A stretch of DNA of 64,000 bases from the NCBI GenBank assembly GCA_963921275.4, contig OZ001293.3:2208001-2272000 (forward strand), written 5' to 3'. The notes below the pieces were generated by a model. It was given only the letters and a program-made list of their open reading frames with translations. It ran no database searches and was not told where the DNA came from. Below, one piece after another: positions 1 to 12,062 of the stretch. Each line of letters opens with the position of its first letter. The stretch's first letter is position 1. Position numbers and translations under genes: made by a program. Source of the stretch: an uncultured Hormoscilla sp. GTDB lineage: Bacteria; Cyanobacteriota; Cyanobacteriia; Cyanobacteriales; Desertifilaceae.

Positions 1-436
1 GACAAGTTAGATGTTAAGCGCAAGCCACGGGGGGAGGGATGGCCCAAGAAGCGAATGCCCGGGGTAATTCCTGGGATAACATCTACAGTAATGTAGATGA
101 TGCTGGGTAGCCAGCGCTGACGTGGGTCGGTGATACTAGGAAGCTGCTGGAATGAGTAATCCTAAAAAGCCACGGAACTAATCCGAAACGCAAGTGGAGG
201 ATAAGGTATGGATAACTGGTAAAACTGACTTGAAAATGGTGATACTAACGGTTATCAGAACAACCACTCGCTAAACCAGGAAAGGGAAGAAAAGACAGGC
301 GGCAAGGGCTAACGGAAGTAATTCCTATTAAGTCTACCTATGAAAAGGACCTAGTACCCAGTAGCCGGATGCGGTGAAAATCGCAAGTCCGGTTCCTCAA
401 GGGAGGGTCGGGAAGCGATTCCCGGCTCGACCCCAT
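1..436 (+). mobile_element. ORF-less group II intron (type B, copy 1; 5' part lies before the window)
   Basis: Near-identical to 2276-2711. Domain V AGCCGGATGCGGTGAAAATCGCAAGTCCGGTT, domain VI hairpin and 3' end ...CTCGACCCCAT. Confidence 0.9.
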
Positions 437-1445
437 CCACCTCTGACAGCCAATTCAACAAATCTGACTGATTGGTAATCTCAAAAATCCTATCTGTTAA
501 CTCTTCTAAATCCGACAGGGACAAACTTGCAATTTTGCTGTTGATTTCCGCTGTCATTTCACCAAATTTATTTTTGAGCAGGCGCATTGCTAAAGCGCTT
601 GCTTCAGCAATGCGTCCTCGTTCAATCCCTTGTTTAATCCCTTGTTCAATCCCTTGTTCAATCCCTTGTTCAATCCCTCGTTCAATCCCTCGTTTAAGTC
701 CTTGTTCCCAGGCTTCTTCACTGGCATATTTCATCCGTCCTATCTCATCTTGCAAATAAATCGAGCGACGAATTACTTCATCTGCTTCCTCCGGTTCCAT
801 ATTGGCTAGTTTGGCTATCTTTAAGGCTTTTTCGATTTCGGCAATCTCTCCCAATGTCGGCGGGATTTCCTCTAACTCATTTGCCAGCTTAATGAAGTAA
901 ATCCATTTCTCTGCTAAGGTCGTCAAGTCTTTCAACTCTTTTTTGAATCTGGGCAATTCCACAAAAAATAGCTGTAGTTCTCGCTGGGGATATTCATAAT
1001 TTCCCTGGGCTTCTTTGAACACAAAATGATGAATCACTTGCGGGTTTTGGTGGAAGAGAACAAAGTTGGTTATTGTTACCGCAATTACTGGCGATATCTT
1101 CAGGTAATCTTCTCCTGATTCCAACTGGTTGGCATAGGACTTACAGAGATTATAAGCCACCCGCTTATCGAATGCCGCTACCCGTGCTAATTGCATTTCG
1201 ATCAGGACGATTTCCCCATTCTGTAGTACCGCCCTCACATCCAAGTAACTGTCCTTTAATGTTTCTACATGACCTTGGTTGTAAGGATTGACAATGGTTA
1301 AGGTAGAAATGACCTTTTCGCCATTATAGATGATGGCATTCAGAAAACTAATCAAAATATCTTCACTTCGGTCCGAGCCAAAAATTTTTTTGAAGGCATA
1401 ATCGATTGTGGGACTGATAAATATTTGCTTGGCCATAACAAACAT
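351..1445 (-). CDS. Rpn-family PD-(D/E)XK nuclease/putative transposase with GIEQ repeats and DUF4351-like C-terminus; natural 3' end interrupted by the antisense intron at 436
   Basis: Motifs PTIDYAFKKIFG, LDVRA...IEMQ, FFVELPRFKK, EKWIYFIK. The last ~28 residues (DGVEPGIAS...) are read from the reverse complement of intron domains V-VI. Confidence 0.85.
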   Translation of the reverse strand: MFVMAKQIFISPTIDYAFKKIFGSDRSEDILISFLNAIIYNGEKVISTLTIVNPYNQGHVETLKDSYLDVRAVLQNGEIVLIEMQLARVAAFDKRVAYNLCKSYANQLESGEDYLKISPVIAVTITNFVLFHQNPQVIHHFVFKEAQGNYEYPQRELQLFFVELPRFKKELKDLTTLAEKWIYFIKLANELEEIPPTLGEIAEIEKALKIAKLANMEPEEADEVIRRSIYLQDEIGRMKYASEEAWEQGLKRGIERGIEQGIEQGIEQGIKQGIERGRIAEASALAMRLLKNKFGEMTAEINSKIASLSLSDLEELTDRIFEITNQSDLLNWLSEVDGVEPGIASRPSLEEPDLRFSPHPATGY

Positions 1446-1569
1446 CTCCTTCTTTTCTAAGTTCACAATTACCTGGGTACGTTCTGGGAGCCCATGGCTG
1501 AGACTACCAGTCGCAGTAGCATAAGACTGCCATGAGAATTATTATATCACGTCAGTCAGGGTTTGTGGT

Positions 1570-1820
1570 TGCGATCAAATGATTGTAGGGCATTTTTAAC
1601 AGCGGCAAAAACCCCCGATCAGTCTCCGATGCCTCTCGGGTAGTGCTCAGATGATGTCAATAGGGTTTCGCCGTGCGTCCGGGGGACATCAAGCTCCCGA
1701 GAGGCATCGAAAGGAGTTGGCTGTCTCAACAGGCTCATAGTGGGATACCAAGGAGAATCTTGACGATGCAGCATCCAGCGCCAGTCGGGGGCAAAGGGTA
1801 ACAATACCCAAACAGGTTCT
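1570..1820 (-). pseudogene. C-terminal fragment of a TPR-glycosyltransferase (GT9-like) gene
   Basis: [27 protein letters not shown] matches the GT modules at 3388-12062. Interrupted by a palindromic element at 1627-1709. Confidence 0.8.
1627..1709. repeat. Nested palindromic micro-element (outer CGATGCC...GGCATCG, inner TGATGTC...GACATCA at 1652-1691)
   Basis: Same 83-bp length and same inner-element offset (25 nt) as 38306-38388. Confidence 0.8.
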
Positions 1821-1840
1821 ATCCATCCTAGAGTGAGTCT

Positions 1841-2711
1841 GTGCGATTCGTTCTAGCCTAACGTGGTCAAACACGGAACGCTAGCCCGGTTTCATTAGCC
1901 GGGAACTCTGACCGCATGGGGGTTAAATTCCCCTCCCCCCAGGTACGGGGGTGACACCGGTCCTCGGTGCTACGAAGCGACATCATCGTGGTGCTAAGCG
2001 AGGACTCAAATGTAGGATAACTGGCAGCCTAAGCCGGTGACGCCGCTAGGAAAGATATCCAAGGTTAGAGCAGGCAAACATGTGTGCAAGCCTCGTTATA
2101 AGGAACCAGCGAAATAAGGCTATATGCGCTGGCCTAAAAAGGAAATGGTAGCTAGTATTAGTTTTAGACTCTGGCTAATATAGTACTCAAATAGCTCCCG
2201 GGGTATAGTGTGGACCTAAAGGTATCGCGAAATGTTGTTAGGGAACGAAGTAACCTCTCGTGTGCTGTCCATCAGGACAAGTTAGATGTTAAGCGCAAGC
2301 CACGGGGGGAGGGATGGCCCAAGAAGCGAATGCCCGGGGTAATTCCTGGGATAACATCTACAGTAATGTAGATGATGCTGGGTAGCCAGCGCTGACGTGG
2401 GTCGGTGATACTAGGAAGCTGCTGGAATGAGTAATCCTAAAAAGCCACGGAACTAATCCGAAACGCAAGTGGAGGATAAGGTATGGATAACTGGTAAAAC
2501 TGACTTGAAAATGGTGATACTAACGGTTATCAGAACAACCACTCGCTAAACCAGGAAAGGGAAGAAAAGACAGGCGGCAAGGGCTAACGGAAGTAATTTC
2601 TATTAAGTCTACCTATGAAAAGGGCCTAGTACCCAGTAGCCGGATGCGGTGAAAATCGCAAGTCCGGTTCCTCAAGGGAGGGTCGGGAAGCGATTCCCGG
2701 CTCGACCCCAT
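1841..2711 (+). mobile_element. ORF-less group IIB intron (type B, copy 2, complete, 871 bp)
   Basis: Starts GTGCG, ends ACCCCAT; domains V/VI at ~2637-2711. Loop AGACTC (2166-2171) is complementary to the 5' exon end GAGTCT. No RT ORF. Confidence 0.92.
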
Positions 2712-2994
2712 CCACCTCTGACAGCCAATTCAACAAATCTGACTGATTGGTAATCTCAAAAATTCTATCTGTTAACTCTTCTAAATCCGACAGTGACAAA
2801 CTTGCAATTTTGCTGTTGATTTCCGCTGTCATTTCACCAAATTTATTTTTGAGCAGGCGCATTGCTAAAGCGCTTGCTTCAGCAATGCGTCCTCGTTCAA
2901 TCCCTTGTTCAATCCCTTGTTCAATCCCTCGTTTAAGTCCTTGTTCCCAGGCTTCTTCACTGGCATATTTCATCCGTCCTATCTCATCTTGCAA
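2712..2994 (-). pseudogene. Duplicated 3' end of the Rpn gene (C-terminal domain only)
   Basis: Near-identical to 437-755 but with three fewer 12-bp GIEQ repeats. Confidence 0.85.
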
Positions 2995-3250
2995 GGCTTC
3001 GGCGCACTGGGGATTAACAGCGATCGCCTGTTAGTAATGGTAGATCGCCCGTTCGGGATCGTCCTGGGCCAGAAAAGCGACAGCCAAATTATTGTGAGCA
3101 TTAGCATTATCAGGTACCAGAGCCAGGTATTGTTGATAAAGGGCGATGGTTTCTGGGATGCGATCGAGAGCACAAGTCAGGGAGGCAAATTGCAGCAAAG
3201 CTTTAGCATTGTTTGGCAAGCTGAATAATTTAGCGATAAAGAGATTCCTC
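2995..3250 (-). pseudogene. TPR-repeat gene fragment
   Basis: ETIALYQQYLALVPDNANAHNNLAVA TPR motif with an in-frame stop; truncated by the duplicated Rpn segment. Confidence 0.7.
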
Positions 3251-3387
3251 AGTGTCTTCCGCAAGCTCTTGTCCAGAAGGACACAGCTGGCGCCCCCAGC
3301 GTAGCGCCATCAGCAAGCACCAGACACCGCTTTGTCAACCGTTCCGCCTAGTGATAACTGGTAGCAACTTGCAATTTCTCGGCTAAT

Positions 3388-6300
3388 TCATCTTTTTTTT
3401 TCCGCAACAATCTCCTGCAATGCCTGTTTGATAGCAGCAAATACAAAGGACCAATCGCCCCGTTTTTGCTGGCGGAACAGGCCCATGGTAGGATACCAGG
3501 GAGAATCTGAGCGTTCCAACATCCAGCGCCAGTCAGGAGCAAAAGCAAGCAGCACCCATACAGGTTTTCCGAGAGCACCTGCTAAATGAGCAACTGCCGT
3601 ATCTACCGTGATGACTAGATCGAGTTGTTCGGTAATCGCAGCAGTGTCAGCAAAGTCATGGATATGTGGGTCCAGATTGACCAGATTGGGGATATCCTGG
3701 GTAATATCTGCCACCCGATCGCCCTTTTGGAGACTATAGAAAGAAACGTCATTCATTTGTAGGAGAGGCAGAAAATGAGATAAGCTCAGAGAACGATGGC
3801 GATCGGTCCTATTCATAGTACTGCCCGCCCAAACGATGCCCACCTTTAACTGCGACTCCGTTCGTAGTAAGCACTTTAGCGCTTCCGACTCAACAGTATG
3901 CAAATAGGGGACATGGTTAGGAATTGTATCTAAGGTAGTACCCAGAATGCGAGGTAAACTCATCAAGGGAGCTTGCAGATCCAGTGGGGGCAACGGTTCT
4001 CCTTTAACTACCAATTGATCGATCCCATCTAGGGTTTCAAAGAGACGAATCAGAGGTTGCTGACATTCGACAACGACGCGGCCAGGTTTGCGGGCCCGTA
4101 CCATGGGCAAATAGCGGATAAATTGCATAGCATCGCCAAAACCCTGTTCCCCTCGCAGCAAGATAGTTTTCCCGTCCAGGGGGCTACCATCCCAAACATT
4201 ATGCAGGTAATGTCCTAGGGAAAAACCTTTTTGATGCCAGCGCCATTCATATTCTACAAAGCCTCGGGGAAAATCTCCACTCAGCAAAAGCGCGATCGCC
4301 AGGTAGAGGTGGGCCTCGGGGTTTTGGGGTTGCAGGGCTAGGGCCTGCTGATAATGGCAGATCGCCTGGCTTAAATTCCCCCGTTCTCGCCATGCCAAAC
4401 CCAGGTTAACATGGGCTATGCGCTGCGCGCACGCTTCGCGGTCAGCATGGTTGGGTTTGAGAGATAGCAACTGCTGATAAACCTGAATCGCCTCATCGGT
4501 GCGGTCTTCCCGCATCAGGGCCATGCCCAGATTATTGTAAGCCTCAATGTAATCTGGCTTCAGGGCGATCGCCTTTTTATAGTAAGGTATAGCTTCAGCA
4601 GCCCTTTCCAGCTTCCAGAGGGCCGCACCCAAATTATTCTGAACTTGGGGATAGTTGGGATTCAATGCCAGGGCCTGACGATAATGGGCGATCGCCTCTT
4701 CTGCATTATCCATTTGATAAGCAACGACCCCCAGAAGCTGGCGAGCATCCACATTATGAGGTTGGGCCTGTAGAATTTGATGATAGATACTGCGTGCGGC
4801 TTCCAGGCGTCCCCCTTGTTGATGCTGCACCCCAGCGTGCAGCCGAGATGTAATCTCATCTGTGGTCAGTTGTTTGGGTAGGGGCACGGCATCGGTTAAT
4901 TTTTGGATTCTTGAGTTAATTGTTGCAGGTCGCCCCCTCTTAAAGAGTTCAACTGACCACTCGCCAGACCATGACAATAAAGCTGATTTAACTCGCGCAA
5001 ACAGTTCGGACCAATCGCCTGGTTGCTGTTGGCGGAACAGGCGCATAGTTGGATACCAAGGAGAATCTTCGCGTTCCAATCTCCAGCGCCAATCAGGACA
5101 ATAGCACAGCAGCACCCATACAGGTTTACCGAGGGCTCCGGCCAGGTGAGCAACCGAGGTATCTATAGTAATCACCAAATCAAGTTGCTGGACAATTGCT
5201 GCGGTATCGGCAAAATCCTTCAATAGGGGGTCCAGGTTCGCCAAATTGCCAATATCGGGAGTAATATCTGCCGTCCTGCTGCCCTTTTGGAGACTATAGA
5301 AAGCGATGCCGGGTATTTCCAACAGTTGCCGAAAATAGGACAGACTGGTAGAACGGCGGCGGTCATTTTTATGAAAAGGATTCCCGGCCCAGACTATTCC
5401 CACCTTTAATTGACCCGTTTGTAGTAAGCACTTTAGCGCTTCTTCTCCCGTTAGCGCTTCCGTAGCGCTGGGGACAGCTTTTACGTAAGGCACTCGAGTA
5501 GGAATAGTTTCCCAAGTCGTACCCAGGATGCGAGGCAAACTCAGCAAAGCAGCTTTCACGTCAAAGGAGGGCAACTCTTCGCCCTTGATGACCACTTTGT
5601 CGATGCCATCTACTGTCTGCAACAGACGATAGACTGCGGGCTTACACATGACTATTACTTTGACGTTAGCACCCTGGGCCCGGATCAAAGGAACGTAACG
5701 GATAAAATTAATTGTATCTCCAAATCCCTGTTCGGTGTAAAGTAAAATTGTTTTGCCATCCAGGGACTCGCCCTGCCAGTCAGGTTGAGTTAATCCCGGG
5801 CCCTGTATGTGTTTCAGTTGCCAGCGCCACTCGTACTCCGCTAAACCCCGAGGATAATCTCCAGCTAACATTAAAGTAATCGCTAAACCCATGTGCGCTT
5901 CGGCAAACTGGGGGTTTAAGTCGATCGCCCGTTCGTAGCTAGCAATACATTCCTGTAGCTGACATTTTCTGTGCAGGGCCACTGCCAAATTATGGTAAGC
6001 GTCGGTGAAATTGGGGTTCAGGGCGATCGCCTTGCGGGACATGGCTTCTGCTTCGTCCACTCGGTCCATTTCTTCGAGAACCAAACCCAGGTTACTATAA
6101 CCTATAGCATAGTTGGGATCCAAGGCGAGCGCCTGTTGCAAATGGGTTTTAGCTTCATCTAAGCGTCCCACATCCTTGAGTGCCATGCCCAAGTTGCTGC
6201 GGACCGAGGCCGAATTTGGTTCCATGCCGATCGCCCGCTCGTACATGGCGATCGCCTCTTCCAGCTTATTCTGTTCTTGGAAAATCGAGCCCAAACTGAC

Positions 6301-9300
6301 GATCGAATCCACGTAGTCCGGTTGAATACTTAGAGCCTTTTGATAGGAACTGGCCGCCTCATCAACTCTACCCAGATCCCGATAGACATTCCCCATATTA
6401 TTATGGACGTTGGCAGCATTTCTGTTAATTTGCAAAGCCTTTTCGTAGGTAGCGATCGCCTCTTGAGGGAGACCCTGCTGGCGGAGGACAACACCCAGAT
6501 TAATATAAGCTTCCAGCAAATCTGGCTTGAGATTAATTGCCCGCTGATAATGCTGAGTGGCCTCCGGAAGCTTGCCCTGTGCTTTCAGGGCCCTTCCCAG
6601 GCAGCGATGGGCTTCCGCGAAATCCGGTTCGATACTAATCGCTTTACTATAGCAGGCGATCGCTGCATCTAGCTTACTACTCTGCTGCGCTTTAATCCCT
6701 TGTTTTAGTAACTGGATTGCTGATTTTTCCGGCACGGTGTTAGTTACTGCTCTCGTTCTCTGGCTCCCGCCTGGGAACGCTGTTGGGGTTGGGGGCTTAA
6801 ATTGAGTGCCGAAACCTTTATTCTTTGCTTTTTGAGGCTTTGGACGCTTTTTCACAGCATTGAGTTCCTCCGTCGAACTTACGTCATTGACCAATTCTAA
6901 TAAACTGTCCCAGACTTGCTGAAAAACACCCTGCCAATCTCCAGGAGATGCTTGACGAAATAATCGCATCGTGCTATACCAAGGAGTCTCTTCTCCGGAC
7001 TGCATCCAGCGCCAGTCGGGTGCAAAAGGTAGCAGCACCCAAACGGGTTTGCCCAGGGCACCTGCTAAATGGGGAACCGCAGTATCTACTGAAATGACTA
7101 GGTCCAGTTGGGCGATCGCGCTAGCAGTATCGGCGAAGTCATTTAGCTGCGGACTGAGGTCGCGAATAGGAGTATCGGTGGCCTCAACTGCCCGGGTGCC
7201 TTTTTGCAAGCTATAGAAGACCAGACCCGGTATGCCAACGCCTGGAGCATGCTCTTGTCCTGAAGGACACGGCTGGCGCCGCGCTGCCGCGATCGGCATG
7301 CTCCAGGCGTTGCCCAGCAATTCCAGAAAATAGTTTAATCCGCAAGAACGGAGACGTTGAGGACTCTGAAGTCTTTTTTCGCCCCATTCACCTGCGGCCC
7401 AAACAATTCCGATGTTAATGGTTGACGGTTGATGGTTAATTGATGGGGGTTGTCTGGAACGAGATGCAGGTAAGGAATTTGGGCAGGAATTGTCTGGACA
7501 GTCGTACCGAGTATGCCTGGGAGACCCATCAAGGGGGCATGAACGTCAAATTCTACGGACTGATCAACTACAGATACTAGCTTACTGATACCGGGAATGG
7601 TGGAAAACAATCGCACTAAGGATGGTCCGCAGGCACAGACGATCGTGCGCGGATGCCGTTGGGCAACCAGGGGAACATAGCGAATAAATTGAATTGTATC
7701 TCCCAACCCTTGTTCTGCATGCAATAAAATGGTCAGTCCTGTCAGTTCCTCTTCTTTCCACAGGGGTTGCGGAAAAGCGGGCACCACGTTACCCGGCAGA
7801 TGCCAGCGCCAATGATATTCGGCAAATCCAGCTGTAAAATTGTTAGCGTAAAGTAAGGCCAGCGATCGGGCGAAATGTGCTTCGACATTTGACCGGTCGA
7901 TTTCCAGGGTTTTGCTGTAGGCCGCGATCGCCTCATCGGTACGGCGCAGCTCATACATAGCATGACCCATATTATTGTAAGCGTCGATATAGTCAGGTTT
8001 AATATTTAGAGCCCCTTGAAAGTAGCCGATCGCCTGTTCTGGTTTCCCCGTCTGCAGCAAGGCCACGCCGATATTATGGTAAGCATCAGCATAGTCGGGT
8101 CTTAGTTGCAAAGCCAACTCATACTGGGCGTGAGCCTGCTCGGGCTGACCATGTTGTTGTAATGTCACCCCCAGGTTAAAATAATCTTCTGCTGCTTCTA
8201 GGCGTCCCGCCTGGTGCATGTCTAAAGCAATTGCTAATTGTTGATTGTTAGGAACTAAAGACTGCAAGGCCGATTTTATTTGCACGAACACCCCTTGCCA
8301 ATCTCCTGGTTGACTCTGACGGAACAAACGCATAGTCGGATACCAGGGACTATCGGATCTATCTAGCATCCAGCGCCAGTCAGGAGCAAAAGGTAGCAGC
8401 ACCCAGACAGGTTTGCCCATCGCCCCGGCTAAATGGGCCACCGCTGTGTCTACGGAAATAACTAAATCCAGTTGGGCGATCGCATTTGCCGTATCTGCAA
8501 AATCACCCAATTGCTTGTGCAGAGATACTATTCTTTCTGAGGTTTGTAGTAAGCGCTTTAGCGCTTCGGAGGAAGGTTCTTTTTGCAGACTATATAAAGC
8601 AACCGATTTTTCCGGCACGGTGGGAATATCCAAAAGTTCCAGGAAAAGATCCAGGGAACAAGAACGGTAGCGAGTCAGATCGTGTAGATAGGAATCAGTA
8701 CTCGCCCAGACAAATTCCACTTTAATTGCAGCCTCATCCAGTCGATCCCCCCCGGCCCCCCTTAATAAGGGGGGAGTAAGAAGCCCGACCCGCATCTTCG
8801 GGGGTTGGGAGGGATCCTGCTGCCGTCGATCCGAGAAAGATATCAAAGGCCGCAAATAAGGTATTGAAGCGGGAATATTCTCTAGAGTCGTACACACAAT
8901 GCGAGGTAAACTCATCAAAGGAACCTGGACGTCAAACTCTGGTAATGGCGATTTTTCCGGAACGGTATCCTGACTTACCACTCGATCTATTCCCGGGACA
9001 GTGGCAAACAGTCGGACTAAGCATTCAGGACATTCTACAATTACTCGTCCCACCCGTTCTTTTACCAGAGGGGCGTAGCGGATAAACTGAATATTATCAC
9101 CCAGTCCTTGTTCCGTGTATATGAAAATAGTACCGCCTTCTAGATAGGAACCATCCCACAGAGGTTCTGCAAAATGACGGGGCGCTACTATGTCATCGTC
9201 CCAACGCCATTCATATTCATGCCAACCAGAGGGCAGATCGCCCTTTAATAGCCAGGTAAAGGCCCGGGCAAAATGCGTGCTAGCATCATTGGGTCTCAAC

Positions 9301-9911
9301 TCCAGGGATTTATTGTAATACCCGATCGCCTCTTCTAAACGTCCTTCCGTTTGCAAGACTAGGGCCATGTTATTGTGAACTTCTACGTAGTTGGGTTCGA
9401 TGGCCAGGGCCAGGTGGTATTGGGCGATCGCCTCGGCAATTTTACCCTGTTTTTTGAGGGTGTTCCCCAGACGATTATAGGCCCCTGCGTACTGCGGGTC
9501 GAGGGCGATCGCCCGCTGGTATTGGGCGATCGCCTCATCTAACCGCCCTAATGTTTTCAAGCAGTTGCCCCAGTTATTGTAAGCTTTAGGATAGTCTGGC
9601 TTCAGGGCGATCGCCTGTTTGTAGGCAGCGATCGCCTGTTCTATTTTTCCCTGTTCCCAGAAGCAAGCCCCCAAATTATTATAAGTCTCAGGCCAATCTT
9701 GCTTTATAGATATCACCTGTTGGAAATAGCCGAGCGATCGATCGTATTCCTTCGTCCGATAAGCAATAATTCCCAGCAGAAGCATAGCCTCTACCTGGTG
9801 AGGCTGCTGTTCTAGCATCGCCAAATAAACAGCCCTCGCTTTATCCAGACGTCCTGCTTGGTAGTGACTCAAAGCCTCTCTTAACCAATCGTTACCTGCT
9901 TGCTGTACCAT
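3388..9911 (-). pseudogene. Giant multi-module TPR + GT9-like glycosyltransferase gene (~2170 aa), split by one frameshift near 7414-7446
   Basis: Repeated TPR blocks and EQGxGDxIQFIRY / DFADTAA...[26 protein letters not shown]...DWRW modules. After the heptamer run, the other frame reads NIGIVWAAG...LELLG straight into the 3388-7320 ORF. Confidence 0.85.
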
Positions 9912-10307
9912 TTCACCTCCTAATCATAACAGACAAACCAACGTTAATTATAGCTTCAATTTCCAACTGTTTAATTTCTGATTCCCGGGATATTTTATTT
10001 TAACAGACCTGCATCTGGAAAAATTATTCCAGGAACAACAATTTCCTGGAATAATTTCTCTTCTAATTCTACATCTATGCTGCACCACCACAACAGGCCC
10101 AATGCCAAAAAGTGAGAAACTGCCAGTCCGATAGAGTTAACTCCTTTTCTTCTTATTCTCAACCCCGATCGCGTAGCGTGCGCGCAGCGCATTCGATGGA
10201 AATTACCTGAATTTTTGGTTGTTGCTCTAACAACTCACCCGCGGAGGCGCGATCCGGGAGGTTCTCCCGATACCGCCTTCGGCGCGCTCTTCGCTGTTAA
10301 TGCTGCT

Positions 10308-12062
10308 TTAACCTGGGCAAACACACTCGGCCAGTCTCCCAGTTTTGTTTGACGATCGGGGCCGCATCGTGGGATACCAAGGGCTATCCGATCGATCGAG
10401 CAACCAGCGCCAGTCAGGAGAAAAAGGTAACAGCACCCAGACAGGTTTTCCTAAAGCACCTGCTAGATGGGCAACTGCTGTATCTACAAAAATTACTAAG
10501 TCTAATTGTGAGATAACAGCAGCAGTATCAGCGAAGTCATGTAACAGCTCTCTTAAATCCTGTATAGGTGCCCCATCCAGAATATCTGTATGTTTTTTTT
10601 GCAAACTATAAAGAGAAATCCCTGGTATCTGCGACAGTTTCAGAAACAGGGAAACCGGACAAAACCGCGTCTTGCTAGCTCTATCACTAGGAGACCACAC
10701 AATGCCGACCTTTACGATGCCATCAGGATGTCGTGCCGTTCGTAGCAAGCCACTGTACTTGACGACGTCCTTCTCTTCAGCGTACAAATAGGGTATTCCA
10801 GCCGGAATAGTTTCTATAGTCGTATTCAGGATACGGGGGAGACTCATCAGGGGGACTTGCACGTCAAATGCTGGTAATGGTTCGCCTTTGACTACCACCT
10901 CCTGAACAAGGGAGACCGTAGTAAACAAGCGCCTGAGAGCCCGATATGTTTCCAGGATTACTTTACTAGCACCCCGCTGGGCTACTAAGGGCGCGTAACG
11001 GACGAACTGGATAGCGTCCCCGTGTCCCTGTTCTGTATGTAAAAGAATAGTTTTTCCTGCCAGTGGCGAACCATCCCAAAGGGGTTTTCCCAAGATTTGT
11101 TCCGGGGTCGGAGGCTGTGCTTTTAGGCGCCAGCGCCATTCATATTCTACAAATCCTTGCTGAAAGTCCTGCAATGATAACAAGCACGTTCCCAGACTTA
11201 CGTGGGTCTCTGCTTCATCTGGCTTTAAGGCAATAGCATGGCGGTAATAGCCCATCGCCTCTTGTAATTTCAGTTGTTCTTGCAGGGCAAGACCCAGGTT
11301 GTTGTAGACTGAGGCAAAGTCTGGTTTCAGGGCGATCGCCTTTTGGTGGCATGCGATCGCCTCTGCTAAGTTCCCCCATCTTTGATAGCAGTTACCCAAC
11401 TGATTATAAAATTCCGCCTGTTCTGGTTTAATGGCAATGGCTTTTTTATAATAAGCAATCGCCTCTTTTATGCGGTCATACTCTTCCATAATTCTAGCCA
11501 ATTTATAGTAAACTTCCGCACAGTTGACGTTAATGCTAATGATTTTTTCGTAGCAAACGATCGCCTGTTGGTAATGAGCGCTCGCCTCTTGATAACGCTT
11601 TTCCTCCTTCAGCATCGCCGCCGATTTTTCATGGGCCGCTCCACTCCGAATCAGCGGCACCACTTGCTGGTGCGTCTCGCGCATATCTAATCTTTTTCCC
11701 TGTTTTTCCAGGGCCATAACCAGGTTATCATAAGCATCAAAAAAATCAGGCTTCATTGCGATCGCCTGTTTGTAGGCAGCGATCGCCTGTTCTATTTTTC
11801 CCTGTTCCCAGAAGCAAGCCCCCAAATTATTATAAGTCTCAGGCCAATCTTGCTTTATAGATATCACCTGTTGGAAATAGCCGATCGCCCGATCGTATTC
11901 CCTCGTCCGATAAGCAATAATTCCCAGCAGAAGCATAGCCTCTACCTGGTGAGGCTGCTGTTCTAGCATCGCCAAATAAACAGCCCTCGCTTTATCCAGA
12001 CGTCCGGCTTGGTAGTGACCCAAAGCCTCTCTTAACCAATCATTATCCGCTTGCTGTACCAT
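10308..12062 (-). CDS. TPR + GT9-like glycosyltransferase; apparent frameshift in the last ~20 codons
   Basis: Same motifs. The N-terminal ~105 codons and upstream region are nearly identical to the gene starting at 9911. The C-terminus departs from consensus after SPWYPTMR. Confidence 0.85.
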   Translation of the reverse strand: [584 protein letters not shown]

